Part shown: piece by piece, positions 1-9,195 of the stretch | Numbering within the stretch: position 1 is the first letter of the stretch | Layout of the letters: every line of letters starts with the position of its first letter | Source: Gemmatimonadota bacterium | GTDB taxonomy: Bacteria > Gemmatimonadota > Gemmatimonadetes > Gemmatimonadales > GWC2-71-9 | Direction: 5' to 3' | Length of the DNA: 64,000 bases | Assembly (NCBI GenBank): GCA_036679605.1 | Contig: JAZDCZ010000251.1 | Span: 32,001-96,000 of the forward strand | Notes under the pieces: model-generated | What the model was told of the DNA's origin: nothing | What the model saw: only the letters and a program-made list of their open reading frames with translations | Database searches by the model: none | Program-made: the position numbers and the translations under genes

Positions 1-1
1 C

Positions 2-550
2 GTGAGTCCGCTCACCCGCGCCACTCAGAACGATGATTATCGCGTCCGAGTCGCTGCTGTCCGAGCCCTTGGGAGCCTGCACGACAGGCGCGGCCTCGCT
101 GCAGTGACCGCAGCTCTGTCAGACCCCAATGTCAGCGTGCGCAGGGTCGCCGCCGTTGCGATCAGGCCTTTCAAGAGTCCCCAGTCGCTTGCGCCATTGT
201 TGGCTGCCTTGCGCGATGACGACGCCGAGGTTCGCCGTCAAGCTGCCCGCGCTTTAGGCGAACTCAAGGATCGTCGTGCGACTGACGGACTGATGACTGC
301 GTTGCAGGACGCCAGTTCGCAGGTGCGTAGCGCTGCAGCGGGTGCCCTTGGACAGGTGCGCGATCCGGCCGCCATCCGCGGGCTGAGTCGCGCGTTGTCC
401 GACGAGAGCGAGCTGGTGCGCCGTGGCGCCGTCCGTGCGCTGTCTCAAATGAAAGACGCTACTGCTACTCAGGCTCTCATTGCAGCGCTTGAAGACAGCG
501 ACGCAGAGGTGAGACGTCGGGCGGCACGTGCCTTGGGACGCAGACCGTAG
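2..550 (+). CDS. HEAT/PBS-lyase repeat protein (5' end outside window)
   Basis: Tandem ~31-aa repeats of the form L.D.D..VRR.AA.ALG. Confidence 0.9.
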   Translation: MSPLTRATQNDDYRVRVAAVRALGSLHDRRGLAAVTAALSDPNVSVRRVAAVAIRPFKSPQSLAPLLAALRDDDAEVRRQAARALGELKDRRATDGLMTALQDASSQVRSAAAGALGQVRDPAAIRGLSRALSDESELVRRGAVRALSQMKDATATQALIAALEDSDAEVRRRAARALGRRP

Positions 551-607
551 AATCGATACTGGACCGCGACGCCCGAAGGTTTAGGGCAAGGCTATAACGC
601 TGACAAT

Positions 608-1357
608 TCATTTCCGGATCGATATCTTCTTTAGCAGGATTTCGACATCAGTGCACCGCGGCATATTTTTCTCGGTGGTTTCTTGATGGACGACTCCGGA
701 GGTGGCGTCACGAACGTTCCGAGTGATCAGCACTACCTTGCTGGCATCGCAGGCCCGGAACCGACCGTCCAGGCGGTCGCCCATGGACTTGAAACTGTAA
801 GCGCCGCAGAGGAGACGCCCGTTCTTAAACACGTCTCTGCACTCTACCACATCCCCGTTGTCGGCAACTACGGTGTCTCGCGTAGATCGTGTGTTCGGCG
901 CGTGGACTAGGAGGACCCCTTTCGTTCCCACTCCAACAACCTGCCATTCATAGACGCCCGCGAATCTGCCCTTGCCGGACCCTGATAGCTCTGTGACGTG
1001 ATCTGTCCACCGATCCAAGAAGCCCTCGATTACGCTACTGCCATCCGGCACAAGCCGCACGGTGAACTCGACTGTCTCATTTCCCTTCACCTTCATCGGC
1101 TGTGAGTCCCACGTGGGGAAACCCGCACCGCCAACACGCAGGGTGTAGGTCCCGGGCTCGGGACACATCAAGGTGTACGCTCCGTCCTGATCGGTCAGGT
1201 ACCCGCGTTTGATGGCGCCGTTCTTGTCGATCAGCACGACAGAAGCGTCAGCCACCGGCAATTTGGTGGCAGAGTTCAGAATGACACCCTTTATGGTCTG
1301 TGCATTCAAGGATGGAACCAACGTAACGAGGACCAGGACCGACGTAATGACCCGCAT
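608..1357 (-). CDS. Secreted protein with N-terminal carboxypeptidase regulatory-like (beta-sandwich) domain
   Basis: Signal peptide ending LNA-Q; QTIKGVI...PVADASVVL...TDQDGAY...PGTYTLRV pattern; GGAGGTG RBS. Confidence 0.7.
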   Translation of the reverse strand: MRVITSVLVLVTLVPSLNAQTIKGVILNSATKLPVADASVVLIDKNGAIKRGYLTDQDGAYTLMCPEPGTYTLRVGGAGFPTWDSQPMKVKGNETVEFTVRLVPDGSSVIEGFLDRWTDHVTELSGSGKGRFAGVYEWQVVGVGTKGVLLVHAPNTRSTRDTVVADNGDVVECRDVFKNGRLLCGAYSFKSMGDRLDGRFRACDASKVVLITRNVRDATSGVVHQETTEKNMPRCTDVEILLKKISIRK

Positions 1358-1644
1358 GGCTCACCTCCAGCTCGGCCCAATATGAGACGGCATTTCGGGA
1401 TTGGCAAGTTGCCCACCTCAACGGCTTTTTGAGAGGGGCGGGAATTGTTGCGAACTCCTTGCGATCCTAGGTACGGCACCTCATGTTCGATCCTATTGGA
1501 AGACATCTACATCGGTGGTCCCTTGGACCCCGCCGCCGCACTGACGATGGTGTAGGACGCCACTGTATGACGCCCCGCTAACCGCCCGCCCGACGACGAG
1601 ATCGCTGAACCATCTGACATCTTGCTCCGGGAGGGTCAAATACG

Positions 1645-1899
1645 ATGACTGCCACAAAGTCTCGCGACACACCCGTCACGTTTTCGCGCCAGCACACAGC
1701 GCACATCCACGAGCTGATTGTGACGCCGGGGGCCCTGCTTCTCTGCCCGAGATGCGGCGACGCCTTAGAGATGGGTGAGCCGCTCGCCGGTGGGCACAGC
1801 GTCATGACGATATGGGAAGTGAAGTGTGCCAACTGCCACCGGAGCGCTGTTATCCGTGACTTGCCAGACAGGGTCAGTCGAAGCCGACAGCCCCACTAG
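1645..1899 (+). CDS. Small zinc-ribbon-like hypothetical protein
   Basis: CPRC and CANC pairs; GGGAGG upstream. Confidence 0.6.
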   Translation: MTATKSRDTPVTFSRQHTAHIHELIVTPGALLLCPRCGDALEMGEPLAGGHSVMTIWEVKCANCHRSAVIRDLPDRVSRSRQPH

Positions 1900-1943
1900 A
1901 CCCCAACAGACCAGGAAGGGTCCTATTCGTTTGGGACGAGCCC

Positions 1944-3398
1944 TTAGTGGGTCGTGGCGGCGCCGAGATCCACCATCTTAGGACCACCTACAGACGCCAC
2001 CAGGGGCGCAGTCTTGAGATTCCGGATCTTCTTAAGATCCTTTGTGATGCGCCAGGCAGCGTCGGAGATCTCCTGTGCCAGCTCCCTCTGCTCCTCCGTC
2101 AGCGAACCTTCGGAAACCAGGCTTTGGCTGTTGGTCAGGATAGTGGTGAGTTCGTTATTGACATGATGCTTCATGGTCAGGGCTATCTGCAAGATAGCCT
2201 CCATTCTCCGGGCTTCTCGAAGCGCATCCTCCGCCTGCTTCCGATCTGTAGTATCACGAATATGCACGAGGACTCCTGAAACCGAGCCATCGGCGTCGTA
2301 GAAAGGGTCATATCGCGCATCCGCATGCCGATGCCCTAAAACGGGCAAGTCCCACCAGAACTCGAAATTCATCCGTTCCCCAGCCAGACAGCGATCCATG
2401 TTGGGCTTTGCCGTAGTCTCGAAAAACTTCTCTCCCAGCACCGAGGCTACAGTGTGTCCAAGAACCTCCTCGTGGGTCTTCCCGAGAGCCTCGCAGTAGG
2501 CCGGGTTAACCGCCTGATAGGTGTACGTAGAATCAACGAACACCATGAGATCCCTGCTGGCGGATACCATAGACTCATACTTCCGCAGCGCCTCCTCTGC
2601 CCGCCTGAGTTCGGTGACGTCACGAACAACAGCAAGCGCAAGCTCATCATCCAGCTTGTTGAACCTGACGTGCACGGGAAATGTGCTGCCGTCTTTCCGC
2701 CTATTCGTTCCATGCACTTCCACTACCTGCCCTATCTCCATCTCATCATAGACATTCCTCACCTGCTCGTGCAGTGGCCCGTCGATCTCAAGGTCGAGAA
2801 TGTTCATCTTCAAGAACTCTTCTCGACTGTACCCGTAATTAGCACACGCACGGTCGTTGACCTCGGTGAAGACAAAGTCGTCCATGCGACTGACAAAAAT
2901 CGGACAAGGAAACTCGTTGATCAGCGTTCGGTACTTGTTCTCGCTACGCCGCAGCACCTCCTCCGACCACTTGCGATCGGTGATGTCCTTGATCATCGCC
3001 AAACCGTACAGCGGCTCGCCTTGTTCGTCTCGAACCACCGAGGCAGTAAGGTGAATCCAGATTATGTCTTGACCCTTCGTGACGTAGCGTTTCTCGATGT
3101 GGTAAAACGGTATCTCCCCGCGGAACAGTTGTTCCGCCTGCTCAACGTCCTTCGCTAGATCCTCTGGGTAGGTAATATCAGGGAACCCCAGTTGCGTAAG
3201 CTCCGTCTCAGTGTATCCAACCATCTCGCAGAGCCTGTTGTTGACTTGCAAAAAGCGGTAATCCTGCCCCACGAGCGCCATTCCAAGCGGCCCCTCCTCG
3301 AAAATCCGCCGAAAACATTCCTCGCTCTCCCCCAGCTTCCTCACCATTCGCTCAGTAGCTTCTCTGAATTGCTCCTTGCTGTCGCGTACATCTCGCAT
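1944..3398 (-). CDS. Multi-PAS/PAC protein with C-terminal HisKA-like helix pair and no ATPase domain
   Basis: Three PAS/PAC units ending DITDRK, DVTELR and DTTDRK; TMKHHVNNELTTI H-box-like motif near the C-terminus. Confidence 0.85.
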   Translation of the reverse strand: MRDVRDSKEQFREATERMVRKLGESEECFRRIFEEGPLGMALVGQDYRFLQVNNRLCEMVGYTETELTQLGFPDITYPEDLAKDVEQAEQLFRGEIPFYHIEKRYVTKGQDIIWIHLTASVVRDEQGEPLYGLAMIKDITDRKWSEEVLRRSENKYRTLINEFPCPIFVSRMDDFVFTEVNDRACANYGYSREEFLKMNILDLEIDGPLHEQVRNVYDEMEIGQVVEVHGTNRRKDGSTFPVHVRFNKLDDELALAVVRDVTELRRAEEALRKYESMVSASRDLMVFVDSTYTYQAVNPAYCEALGKTHEEVLGHTVASVLGEKFFETTAKPNMDRCLAGERMNFEFWWDLPVLGHRHADARYDPFYDADGSVSGVLVHIRDTTDRKQAEDALREARRMEAILQIALTMKHHVNNELTTILTNSQSLVSEGSLTEEQRELAQEISDAAWRITKDLKKIRNLKTAPLVASVGGPKMVDLGAATTH

Positions 3399-3525
3399 CG
3401 CCTAGGTCCTCACGAGTCAGGTCGTCTGGCGTAGGTTGTTGTAGAAAAGGACCCACCAGCCACGTCGCTGGGGTCTCTCGGCCACGTCGTCGGGCTGGCA
3501 CCGCAGCCCTCTAGTTTATGTCTGA

Positions 3526-3609
3526 TGCCCGAGGAGAGAATCGAACTCTCACCCCATTGCTGGGACGGGATTTTGAGTCCCGCGCGTCTACCAATTCCAC
3601 CACTCGGGC
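3526..3609 (-). tRNA. trnL: tRNA-Leu (anticodon CAA); CCA not encoded
   Basis: Reverse complement GCCCGAGTGGTGGAATTGGTAGAC...GGGACT-CAA-AATCCC, long variable arm, GTTCGATT T-loop, ending CTCGGGCA. Confidence 0.97.
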
Positions 3610-3727
3610 TTGAGTGGAGAAGTATAGCCGAGTTGAAGCGCGGAGGGCAGACCGCGTGGGCCGGTGCGGCGGCTGTCACACATCGAGAGCGGAGCACGTT
3701 CACGGTTCGTATCTACGACTGGTCTCC

Positions 3728-3862
3728 CTACCAGAGCGACTCGTCGATTCGTTGCTGATCAGCAATAGCCTCATCGAACTCCGGGTCTTCGCGCCACGTG
3801 CCGCAAAACTCATCCAGCGCTCGGTACCGGATAGACTCTTCACCCCCTAAGCCTGGCTTCAT
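3728..3862 (-). pseudogene. Remnant (C-terminal 44 aa) of a PIN-associated antitoxin
   Basis: MKPGLGGEESIRYRALDEFCGTWREDPEFDEAIADQQRIDESLW*; ATG overlaps the upstream TGA; resembles the GTW..D.EFD.AI..Q.RID..LW tail of FitA-like antitoxins. Confidence 0.55.
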
Positions 3863-4152
3863 CTGCCCCGGCTACGTTTGGACTTCTTCCTCTCAGAGAC
3901 CCGCCGAGCCCGCAACGGCCACTCGTCGCCCGGCAATGGCGGCCGGTCCGGGACACGATCAAGAACCTCCAGATAGTCCGCGCGACGACCCCGGCGGCCC
4001 CGCTCCTCGAGATAATCCACAGTCATGAGCGCCGCCGCCTTCTCTGCCACCGCAACCGCAATGAACTGATTGATCGAAACATCGTCTTGCGCAGCAAGTT
4101 CGCGCACTTTTGCATGCAATGAATCCGGCAACCGCAAACTCAGCGTACTCAT
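3859..4152 (-). CDS. Ribbon-helix-helix/HicB-like antitoxin
   Basis: MSTLSLRLPDSLH...VSINQFIAVAVAEK; directly downstream of a PIN gene; GGAGG RBS. Confidence 0.85.
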   Translation of the reverse strand: MSTLSLRLPDSLHAKVRELAAQDDVSINQFIAVAVAEKAAALMTVDYLEERGRRGRRADYLEVLDRVPDRPPLPGDEWPLRARRVSERKKSKRSRGR

Positions 4153-4153
4153 C

Positions 4154-4567
4154 TCAACCTCCCAGTGCCAAGAGGAACTCACGCGGCGTCATGACGTCAA
4201 GCTCAAACTCTGCAGCCTCAGAGAAGTCACGGACGTTGAACGTCACGATGTATCGACACCCCGCAGCCACGGCTAACTCGAGCACCATCTCGTCCTGAGG
4301 ATCCCTTAAGCTGGGCCGCCACAGAAAGTGAATGGCCCGCTTGTCTCCGATGCGGCAGAGATGGTCCACCAAACCCGTGATCTGGCGAACGGACAATCTC
4401 AACCGGCGCGCCTCACGTCGCAGCACGGCCTCGTATTCCAATACTAAAGGCACAGATAATACTGGCTGCACCGAACGCCCGAGCAGCCGCAGCAGGTAGT
4501 GAGACGCCCCGGTGAGTGAACCTAGGCCCGCCACCAGAACGTTTGTGTCTACCACGGCCCGCGTCAT
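4154..4567 (-). CDS. PIN-domain toxin
   Basis: VVDTNVLVAG, LRDPQDEMVLELA and IVTFNVRDF PIN motifs. Confidence 0.92.
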   Translation of the reverse strand: MTRAVVDTNVLVAGLGSLTGASHYLLRLLGRSVQPVLSVPLVLEYEAVLRREARRLRLSVRQITGLVDHLCRIGDKRAIHFLWRPSLRDPQDEMVLELAVAAGCRYIVTFNVRDFSEAAEFELDVMTPREFLLALGG

Positions 4568-4571
4568 TGTG

Positions 4572-4604
4572 TAGTATCATATACGATACTATATTATTAG
4601 GCAA
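4572..4604 (-). promoter_or_regulatory. Sigma70 promoter with overlapping palindromic operator for the PIN TA operon (probably leaderless)
   Basis: TTGCCT-N17-TATGAT on the minus strand, 8 nt before the ATG; palindrome TAGTATC-N6-GATACTA at 4572-4591. Confidence 0.65.
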
Positions 4605-4676
4605 GGTGGGGGTTATCTCCTGCACCTGACTGGTCGGTGGGATTCGTGAATGAGGAAAGCCTCGGCTAACAGATCC

Positions 4677-5183
4677 TCATCGGATCGGCGACGGCCGGCG
4701 CTGCGGCGCGCCACCCGGCCGGCGCGCCCTGCCCCGCCTTACCTGCTCTATGTTCTGTTGGAACCGCCTCATCAGCAGAACGAGCTGCGCCCGTTGCACC
4801 GGCGTCAAGAACTCAGAATAGGCCTGTTGGTCGGCCTTGCTGAGTTCCAACAACTCCGTCTGCACCGCGGTCAATGAATCGATGAGCCCAGCAACACTGT
4901 CGCTATTAGCAGCCACACCAGGTCGCATCTGCTGTTCCAGCGCCATCAGGAAAGCACGTTCGCGACGCTGTATCTGTGTGCGCTTTTGAAAAGAGTTCGC
5001 GGTCACATCGCGAAATTTCTCGAACTCCTCGTCCGACAACCCAGCCTGGGTCCGGTAGTTGCGCTGCAATCGCTCCATCACCTGCTGCATTAGGAGTTGT
5101 CGTTGACGGCCGGGCTCTTGAGCCGAGGCCGAACCAGAGAACATAGCGGCGAAAATTGCCGCCAACCAAAACTTCCGCATCAT
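4677..5183 (-). CDS. Periplasmic Spy/CpxP-like helical protein
   Basis: Signal peptide ASA-Q; GLSDEE and LTPVQRAQL (LTxxQ) motifs; third gene of an ECF operon. Confidence 0.75.
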   Translation of the reverse strand: MMRKFWLAAIFAAMFSGSASAQEPGRQRQLLMQQVMERLQRNYRTQAGLSDEEFEKFRDVTANSFQKRTQIQRRERAFLMALEQQMRPGVAANSDSVAGLIDSLTAVQTELLELSKADQQAYSEFLTPVQRAQLVLLMRRFQQNIEQVRRGRARRPGGAPQRRPSPIR

Positions 5184-5587
5184 CCCTCCATTGTGCGAAG
5201 CAACTCTTCGAGCTGGCCTTCAGTCAAGTTTTCTAGGTTCGCGGCCAACTCGTAGACCGGTGCGTACACTTCCAATGAATCGAACACTTCCTCCAACTCC
5301 TCTACCTCCAATGCTCGCAACTCTACAGGCACCGCGACATCTGATAGTGTTATCACATCGCGATCAATTTGACCACGAACAAGAACTCCTACGGTCAGCA
5401 ATATCATCGCAGCAGCAGCAGTCGCCTGCAAAACTCTCATCCTGCGCCACCAAACTACCGGGGCTGGCTCTGCCCTGAGCCGGGCAACCACCGCCTGGAC
5501 GGTACGCTCGACATCCAACCGCTCGGCAGCAACCCTGCCCAGCCTCTTGGCAACTCGCTCTAGCTCTCGCTCATCCATTTCCATCAA
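5180..5587 (-). CDS. Putative anti-sigma factor (single transmembrane helix)
   Basis: Directly downstream of the ECF sigma; central hydrophobic helix AAAAMILLTVGVLV. Confidence 0.7.
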   Translation of the reverse strand: MMEMDERELERVAKRLGRVAAERLDVERTVQAVVARLRAEPAPVVWWRRMRVLQATAAAAMILLTVGVLVRGQIDRDVITLSDVAVPVELRALEVEELEEVFDSLEVYAPVYELAANLENLTEGQLEELLRTMEG

Positions 5588-5638
5588 AACCTCTCTCCTC
5601 CCGCCCTGTTTCTTCCGCCCAGTCCTACCGCCCTTTTT

Positions 5639-6199
5639 CTACCGCCCTTTTATCACCTTTTTGAGTCGCTTGACAGCATGATGGTAATGCACTCTCGCCG
5701 CCCCCACAGACGTGCCCAACCCCTCAGCTATCTCTTCGTATTCCAATCCCTGCTGCGCTCTCAGCAGAAAGACATCTCGTTGCATCGGTGGCAGACTCTG
5801 CACACCCGCCCGCAGTCGCTCCTCGAGATCGCGCTCCACCGTCGCCGCATGCGGATCACTACCCTCGTCCACCACATCCCTATCGTCCAGCGCCACGACG
5901 GGCCGCCTCAGATACTGGCGCCTCATGTCCTTCAGCGCGTTCGACCCAATCGCCAACAACCAGGTGCGAAAACTGGCCGTCCCACGGTAACTATCGATGC
6001 GGCGGAACGCCCTAAAAAACGCCTCCTGCACCAGGTCGTCCACGTCATCACCGGCTCCGGCACCACCTAGGTACCGCGCCAAGGCCGGAGCGTGGCGTCG
6101 CACCAATTCCGCCGCTGCCTCCTCGTCTCCGTCCCGCCAACGACCAATAAGGTCGGCGTCGGTAGGCTGCTCCGCAGCCCTAGTCACCTGCACACCCAA
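5639..6199 (-). CDS. ECF RNA polymerase sigma factor
   Basis: Region 2 DDLVQEAF...FRTWLLAI; region 4 LPPMQRDVFLL...YEEIAEGLG. Confidence 0.95.
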   Translation of the reverse strand: MGVQVTRAAEQPTDADLIGRWRDGDEEAAAELVRRHAPALARYLGGAGAGDDVDDLVQEAFFRAFRRIDSYRGTASFRTWLLAIGSNALKDMRRQYLRRPVVALDDRDVVDEGSDPHAATVERDLEERLRAGVQSLPPMQRDVFLLRAQQGLEYEEIAEGLGTSVGAARVHYHHAVKRLKKVIKGR

Positions 6200-6257
6200 G
6201 TAGACGGTTCATATGCCCCTAATGTTAAGGCCCGCACAGCGAAATCCCGCCCCTCCC

Positions 6258-6304
6258 TTGCTCTTTATTAAAGATCCCTTTAGAATACTCGAACGAACGT
6301 TCGA
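6258..6304 (+). promoter_or_regulatory. Sigma70 promoter plus TetR/PaaR-type operator
   Basis: TTGCTC (6258)-N17-TAGAAT (6281); palindrome TCGAACG-AA-CGTTCGA at 6289-6304. Confidence 0.8.
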
Positions 6305-6322
6305 ATGACCAGGAGCGGAACC

Positions 6323-6928
6323 ATGGTTTCCATGCCCTACGATGATCGTCGCGAACACTTGCTGAGCACAGCGGCCCAGGTCTTCGCCAAATGCGGATTC
6401 CACGCAACGACCATGCGCGATCTCGCGCGGGCCACGGGCATGAGCCTGGCCGGCATGTACCACTACGTGACCGGAAAGGATGAGCTGCTCTACCAGATCC
6501 AAGAGCGCTGCTTTACCAGAGTGACCAAGGGGGCTATCGGGGCGGTGGCGGAAGGCGTGGACGCAACCGACCGACTGGACCGCTTCATTCGACATCACGT
6601 CATTTTTTTTGCCGAACACATGAACGAGATGAAGGTCCTATCTCACGAGGCGGAGAGCTTGACCACCAAGCATCGGAAAAAGATCGATCGGCTGAAGCGC
6701 CGTTATGTAGACCTCCTCCTTAAATTGATTCAGGACACGGGTGCATGCCCGCCTCAGCTCGACGAAAGGGTTGCAACCTACGCGCTGTTCGGCATGATGA
6801 ATTGGATCTACACATGGTACGATCCTGCTGGACCTATCCCGCCGCGGGACTTGGCGGACCAACTGGCAACGCTGTTCGTTAACGGAATGCAGACAGCGAT
6901 ACCTTCTTCGCAATCGTTCGGAGGATGA
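6323..6928 (+). CDS. TetR/AcrR family regulator (PaaR/KstR2-like)
   Basis: N-terminal HTH (GFHATTMRDLA...SLAGMYHY); C-terminal LFGMMNWIYTWYDP; AGGAG RBS. Confidence 0.92.
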   Translation: MVSMPYDDRREHLLSTAAQVFAKCGFHATTMRDLARATGMSLAGMYHYVTGKDELLYQIQERCFTRVTKGAIGAVAEGVDATDRLDRFIRHHVIFFAEHMNEMKVLSHEAESLTTKHRKKIDRLKRRYVDLLLKLIQDTGACPPQLDERVATYALFGMMNWIYTWYDPAGPIPPRDLADQLATLFVNGMQTAIPSSQSFGG

Positions 6929-6934
6929 TTCGAT

Positions 6935-7762
6935 ATGGCTACCACAGCTACACCCAAGACTGAGACCGCAGGCGATGCGGCAACGCTCGTCAAGTACCGC
7001 GTGCAAGACAGGATGGCAATCATGGAGTTGAGCGATCCACCAGCCAACACCTATACGCACGAGATGATGTGTCAGCTCGACACAGCGATCCTCAAGGCGC
7101 GGATGGATGACGATGTCGAGGTTATCGTGCTGCGCGGCGAGGGCGACAAGTTCTTCTCGGCCGGTGCCAACATCCAGATGCTGTGCGAAGTAACTCCGCG
7201 CTTCAAGTATTTCTTCTGCCTCCACGCCAACGAGACTCTGAACCGATTCGAGCACACACCCAAGCTCGTGATCGCGGCGCTCAACGGACACACGGTGGGA
7301 GGCGGCCTCGAGATCGCCATGGCGTGCGACATCAGACTGGCACGCAAGGATTCCGGCAAGATCGGTCTCCCCGAAGTCAACCTCGGCGTACTCCCGGGTA
7401 CCGGCGGCACACAACGGCTCGCCCGCCTCATCGGCAAGTCCCGCTCGATGGAGATGATGGTGACCGGTGAGGTCTTCTCGTTCGAGAAAGCCCAGGAGAT
7501 CGGCCTCGTCAACGAGATATTTCCCAAAGACACCTTCTGGGACGACGTATTGATGTACGCCAAACAGTTCTGCACTCCCAACAAAGCCGCGAAGGCGGTC
7601 GGTCATATCAAGCGCGCGGTCTGCTCCGGTCTTGAAGTCCCATTTGAGAGCGGACTCGCGATAGAGCGCGAGTTGCAGCAGGGGCTTTTCCAGAGTGAGG
7701 ACGCAAAGGAAGGTCTCGCCGCGTACATCGAGAAGCGTATGGCGGAGTTCAAGGGACAGTAA
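6935..7762 (+). CDS. Enoyl-CoA hydratase/isomerase family protein
   Basis: FFSAGANI, GGGLEIAMACDIR and LPEVNLGVLPGTGGTQRL crotonase motifs. Confidence 0.93.
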   Translation: MATTATPKTETAGDAATLVKYRVQDRMAIMELSDPPANTYTHEMMCQLDTAILKARMDDDVEVIVLRGEGDKFFSAGANIQMLCEVTPRFKYFFCLHANETLNRFEHTPKLVIAALNGHTVGGGLEIAMACDIRLARKDSGKIGLPEVNLGVLPGTGGTQRLARLIGKSRSMEMMVTGEVFSFEKAQEIGLVNEIFPKDTFWDDVLMYAKQFCTPNKAAKAVGHIKRAVCSGLEVPFESGLAIERELQQGLFQSEDAKEGLAAYIEKRMAEFKGQ

Positions 7763-9195
7763 TGAAGACCGATCTGTTCATCAGCAATGAATGGCGGCAA
7801 GCAGCATCCGGCAACACGATGGACGTTACGAATCCCGCCACCGAAGAGGTAATAGCCTCGGTGGCGGCTGCCGGTGAAGATGATGTGAACGCTGCCGTCC
7901 AGGCGGCACGCTCATGCTTCGATAGCAGCGAGTGGCGCACGTTGCCTGCGCGCAAGCGCGGCGCCATGCTTTACCGAGCGGGCGAACTTCTCACAGAACG
8001 CCGCAACGAGATAGCAAAACTCGAAACGCTCCACAACGGGAAGCCGTTGTTCGAGTCTAAGATCGACGTTGCGATGAGTGCCGAAACACTCAAGTACTAT
8101 GCAGGTTGGGCCGACAAGCTGAGCGGCGACGTGCTCTCGGTCAACACGGGAGACTTCGTCTACACGGACAGGGAGCCGCTTGGAGTTGTGGCCGCTATCG
8201 TGCCGTGGAATTTCCCGCTGAATCTAGCGAGCTGGAAATTCGCGCCCGCTTTGGCAGCAGGCTGCACGGTCATCCTCAAACCTGCAAGTGAAACGCCTCT
8301 CACCGCGTTGGCGATGGGCGAGATCATGCAGGAAGCAGGTTTTCCTCCCGGCGCCTTCAACGTGCTGTCGGGTTCCGGCAGCGTTGCCGGCAATGCGTTG
8401 GTCAAGCATCCCGATGTCGACAAGATCGCTTTCACGGGTTCAACCGAGGTCGGTAAGCGCATCATGCGCGATGCCGCCGATACCGTTAAGCGCGTGACGC
8501 TGGAACTGGGCGGCAAGAGTCCCAATATCATTTTTGCTGATGCGGATTTGAAGTCGGCAGTGCGCGGCGCCCAGAACGGAATTTTTTATGGCAAGGGCGA
8601 GGTCTGCGCGGCCGGATCGCGGCTGCTTGTTGAGCGTTCCGTGCACGATCAGGTAGTGGAACAACTCGCCGCACGAGCCAAACGACTCGTGCCCGGCGAT
8701 CCATTCGAGAAAGACACGAGACTCGGCGCGGTCGTTTCCAAGGCCCAACAAGAAACGGTTCTCTCCTACATCGAAGCGGGCAAGAGCGAGGCGACGCTCG
8801 TGGCAGGCGGTAGTGCGGCCCAGGTGAACGGCAAGGGATACTTCGTCGAGGCCACGGTGTTCGACGACGCAAAGCCCGGCATGAAGATCGTGGAAGAAGA
8901 GATCTTTGGCCCCGTGCTATCGGTCCTGTCGTTCGACGACGTGGACGAAGCCATTGAATTAGCGAACAAGACGATGTACGGGCTGGCCGCCGGTATCTGG
9001 ACAAAGGACATCCAGAAGGCGTTCCGGGTCGCACGTTCCGTTCGGGCGGGCACGGTCTGGGTCAACACGTACAACATGTACGACTCTGCGGCACCGTTCG
9101 GCGGATTCAAGGCGAGCGGGTTCGGACGCGACCTGGGTCGTGAAGCGCTCAACGGATATACCGAAACCAAGACTGTTTGGGTGGGGCTCCGGTGA
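7762..9195 (+). CDS. NAD(P)-dependent aldehyde dehydrogenase
   Basis: PWNFP, FTGSTEVG, LELGGKSP, catalytic Cys in GEVCAAG, EEIFGP. Confidence 0.96.
   Translation: MKTDLFISNEWRQAASGNTMDVTNPATEEVIASVAAAGEDDVNAAVQAARSCFDSSEWRTLPARKRGAMLYRAGELLTERRNEIAKLETLHNGKPLFESKIDVAMSAETLKYYAGWADKLSGDVLSVNTGDFVYTDREPLGVVAAIVPWNFPLNLASWKFAPALAAGCTVILKPASETPLTALAMGEIMQEAGFPPGAFNVLSGSGSVAGNALVKHPDVDKIAFTGSTEVGKRIMRDAADTVKRVTLELGGKSPNIIFADADLKSAVRGAQNGIFYGKGEVCAAGSRLLVERSVHDQVVEQLAARAKRLVPGDPFEKDTRLGAVVSKAQQETVLSYIEAGKSEATLVAGGSAAQVNGKGYFVEATVFDDAKPGMKIVEEEIFGPVLSVLSFDDVDEAIELANKTMYGLAAGIWTKDIQKAFRVARSVRAGTVWVNTYNMYDSAAPFGGFKASGFGRDLGREALNGYTETKTVWVGLR

Noticed and set aside
3526..3609. tRNA-Leu as the att site of an integrated element
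   Set aside because: No duplicated tRNA 3' end and no integrase found in the window.
6638..7606. 322-aa minus-strand ORF (likewise 23685-24854, 40323-41258, 32550-33317 and 35409-36185)
   Set aside because: Each lies antisense to a well-supported gene; expected from codon bias.
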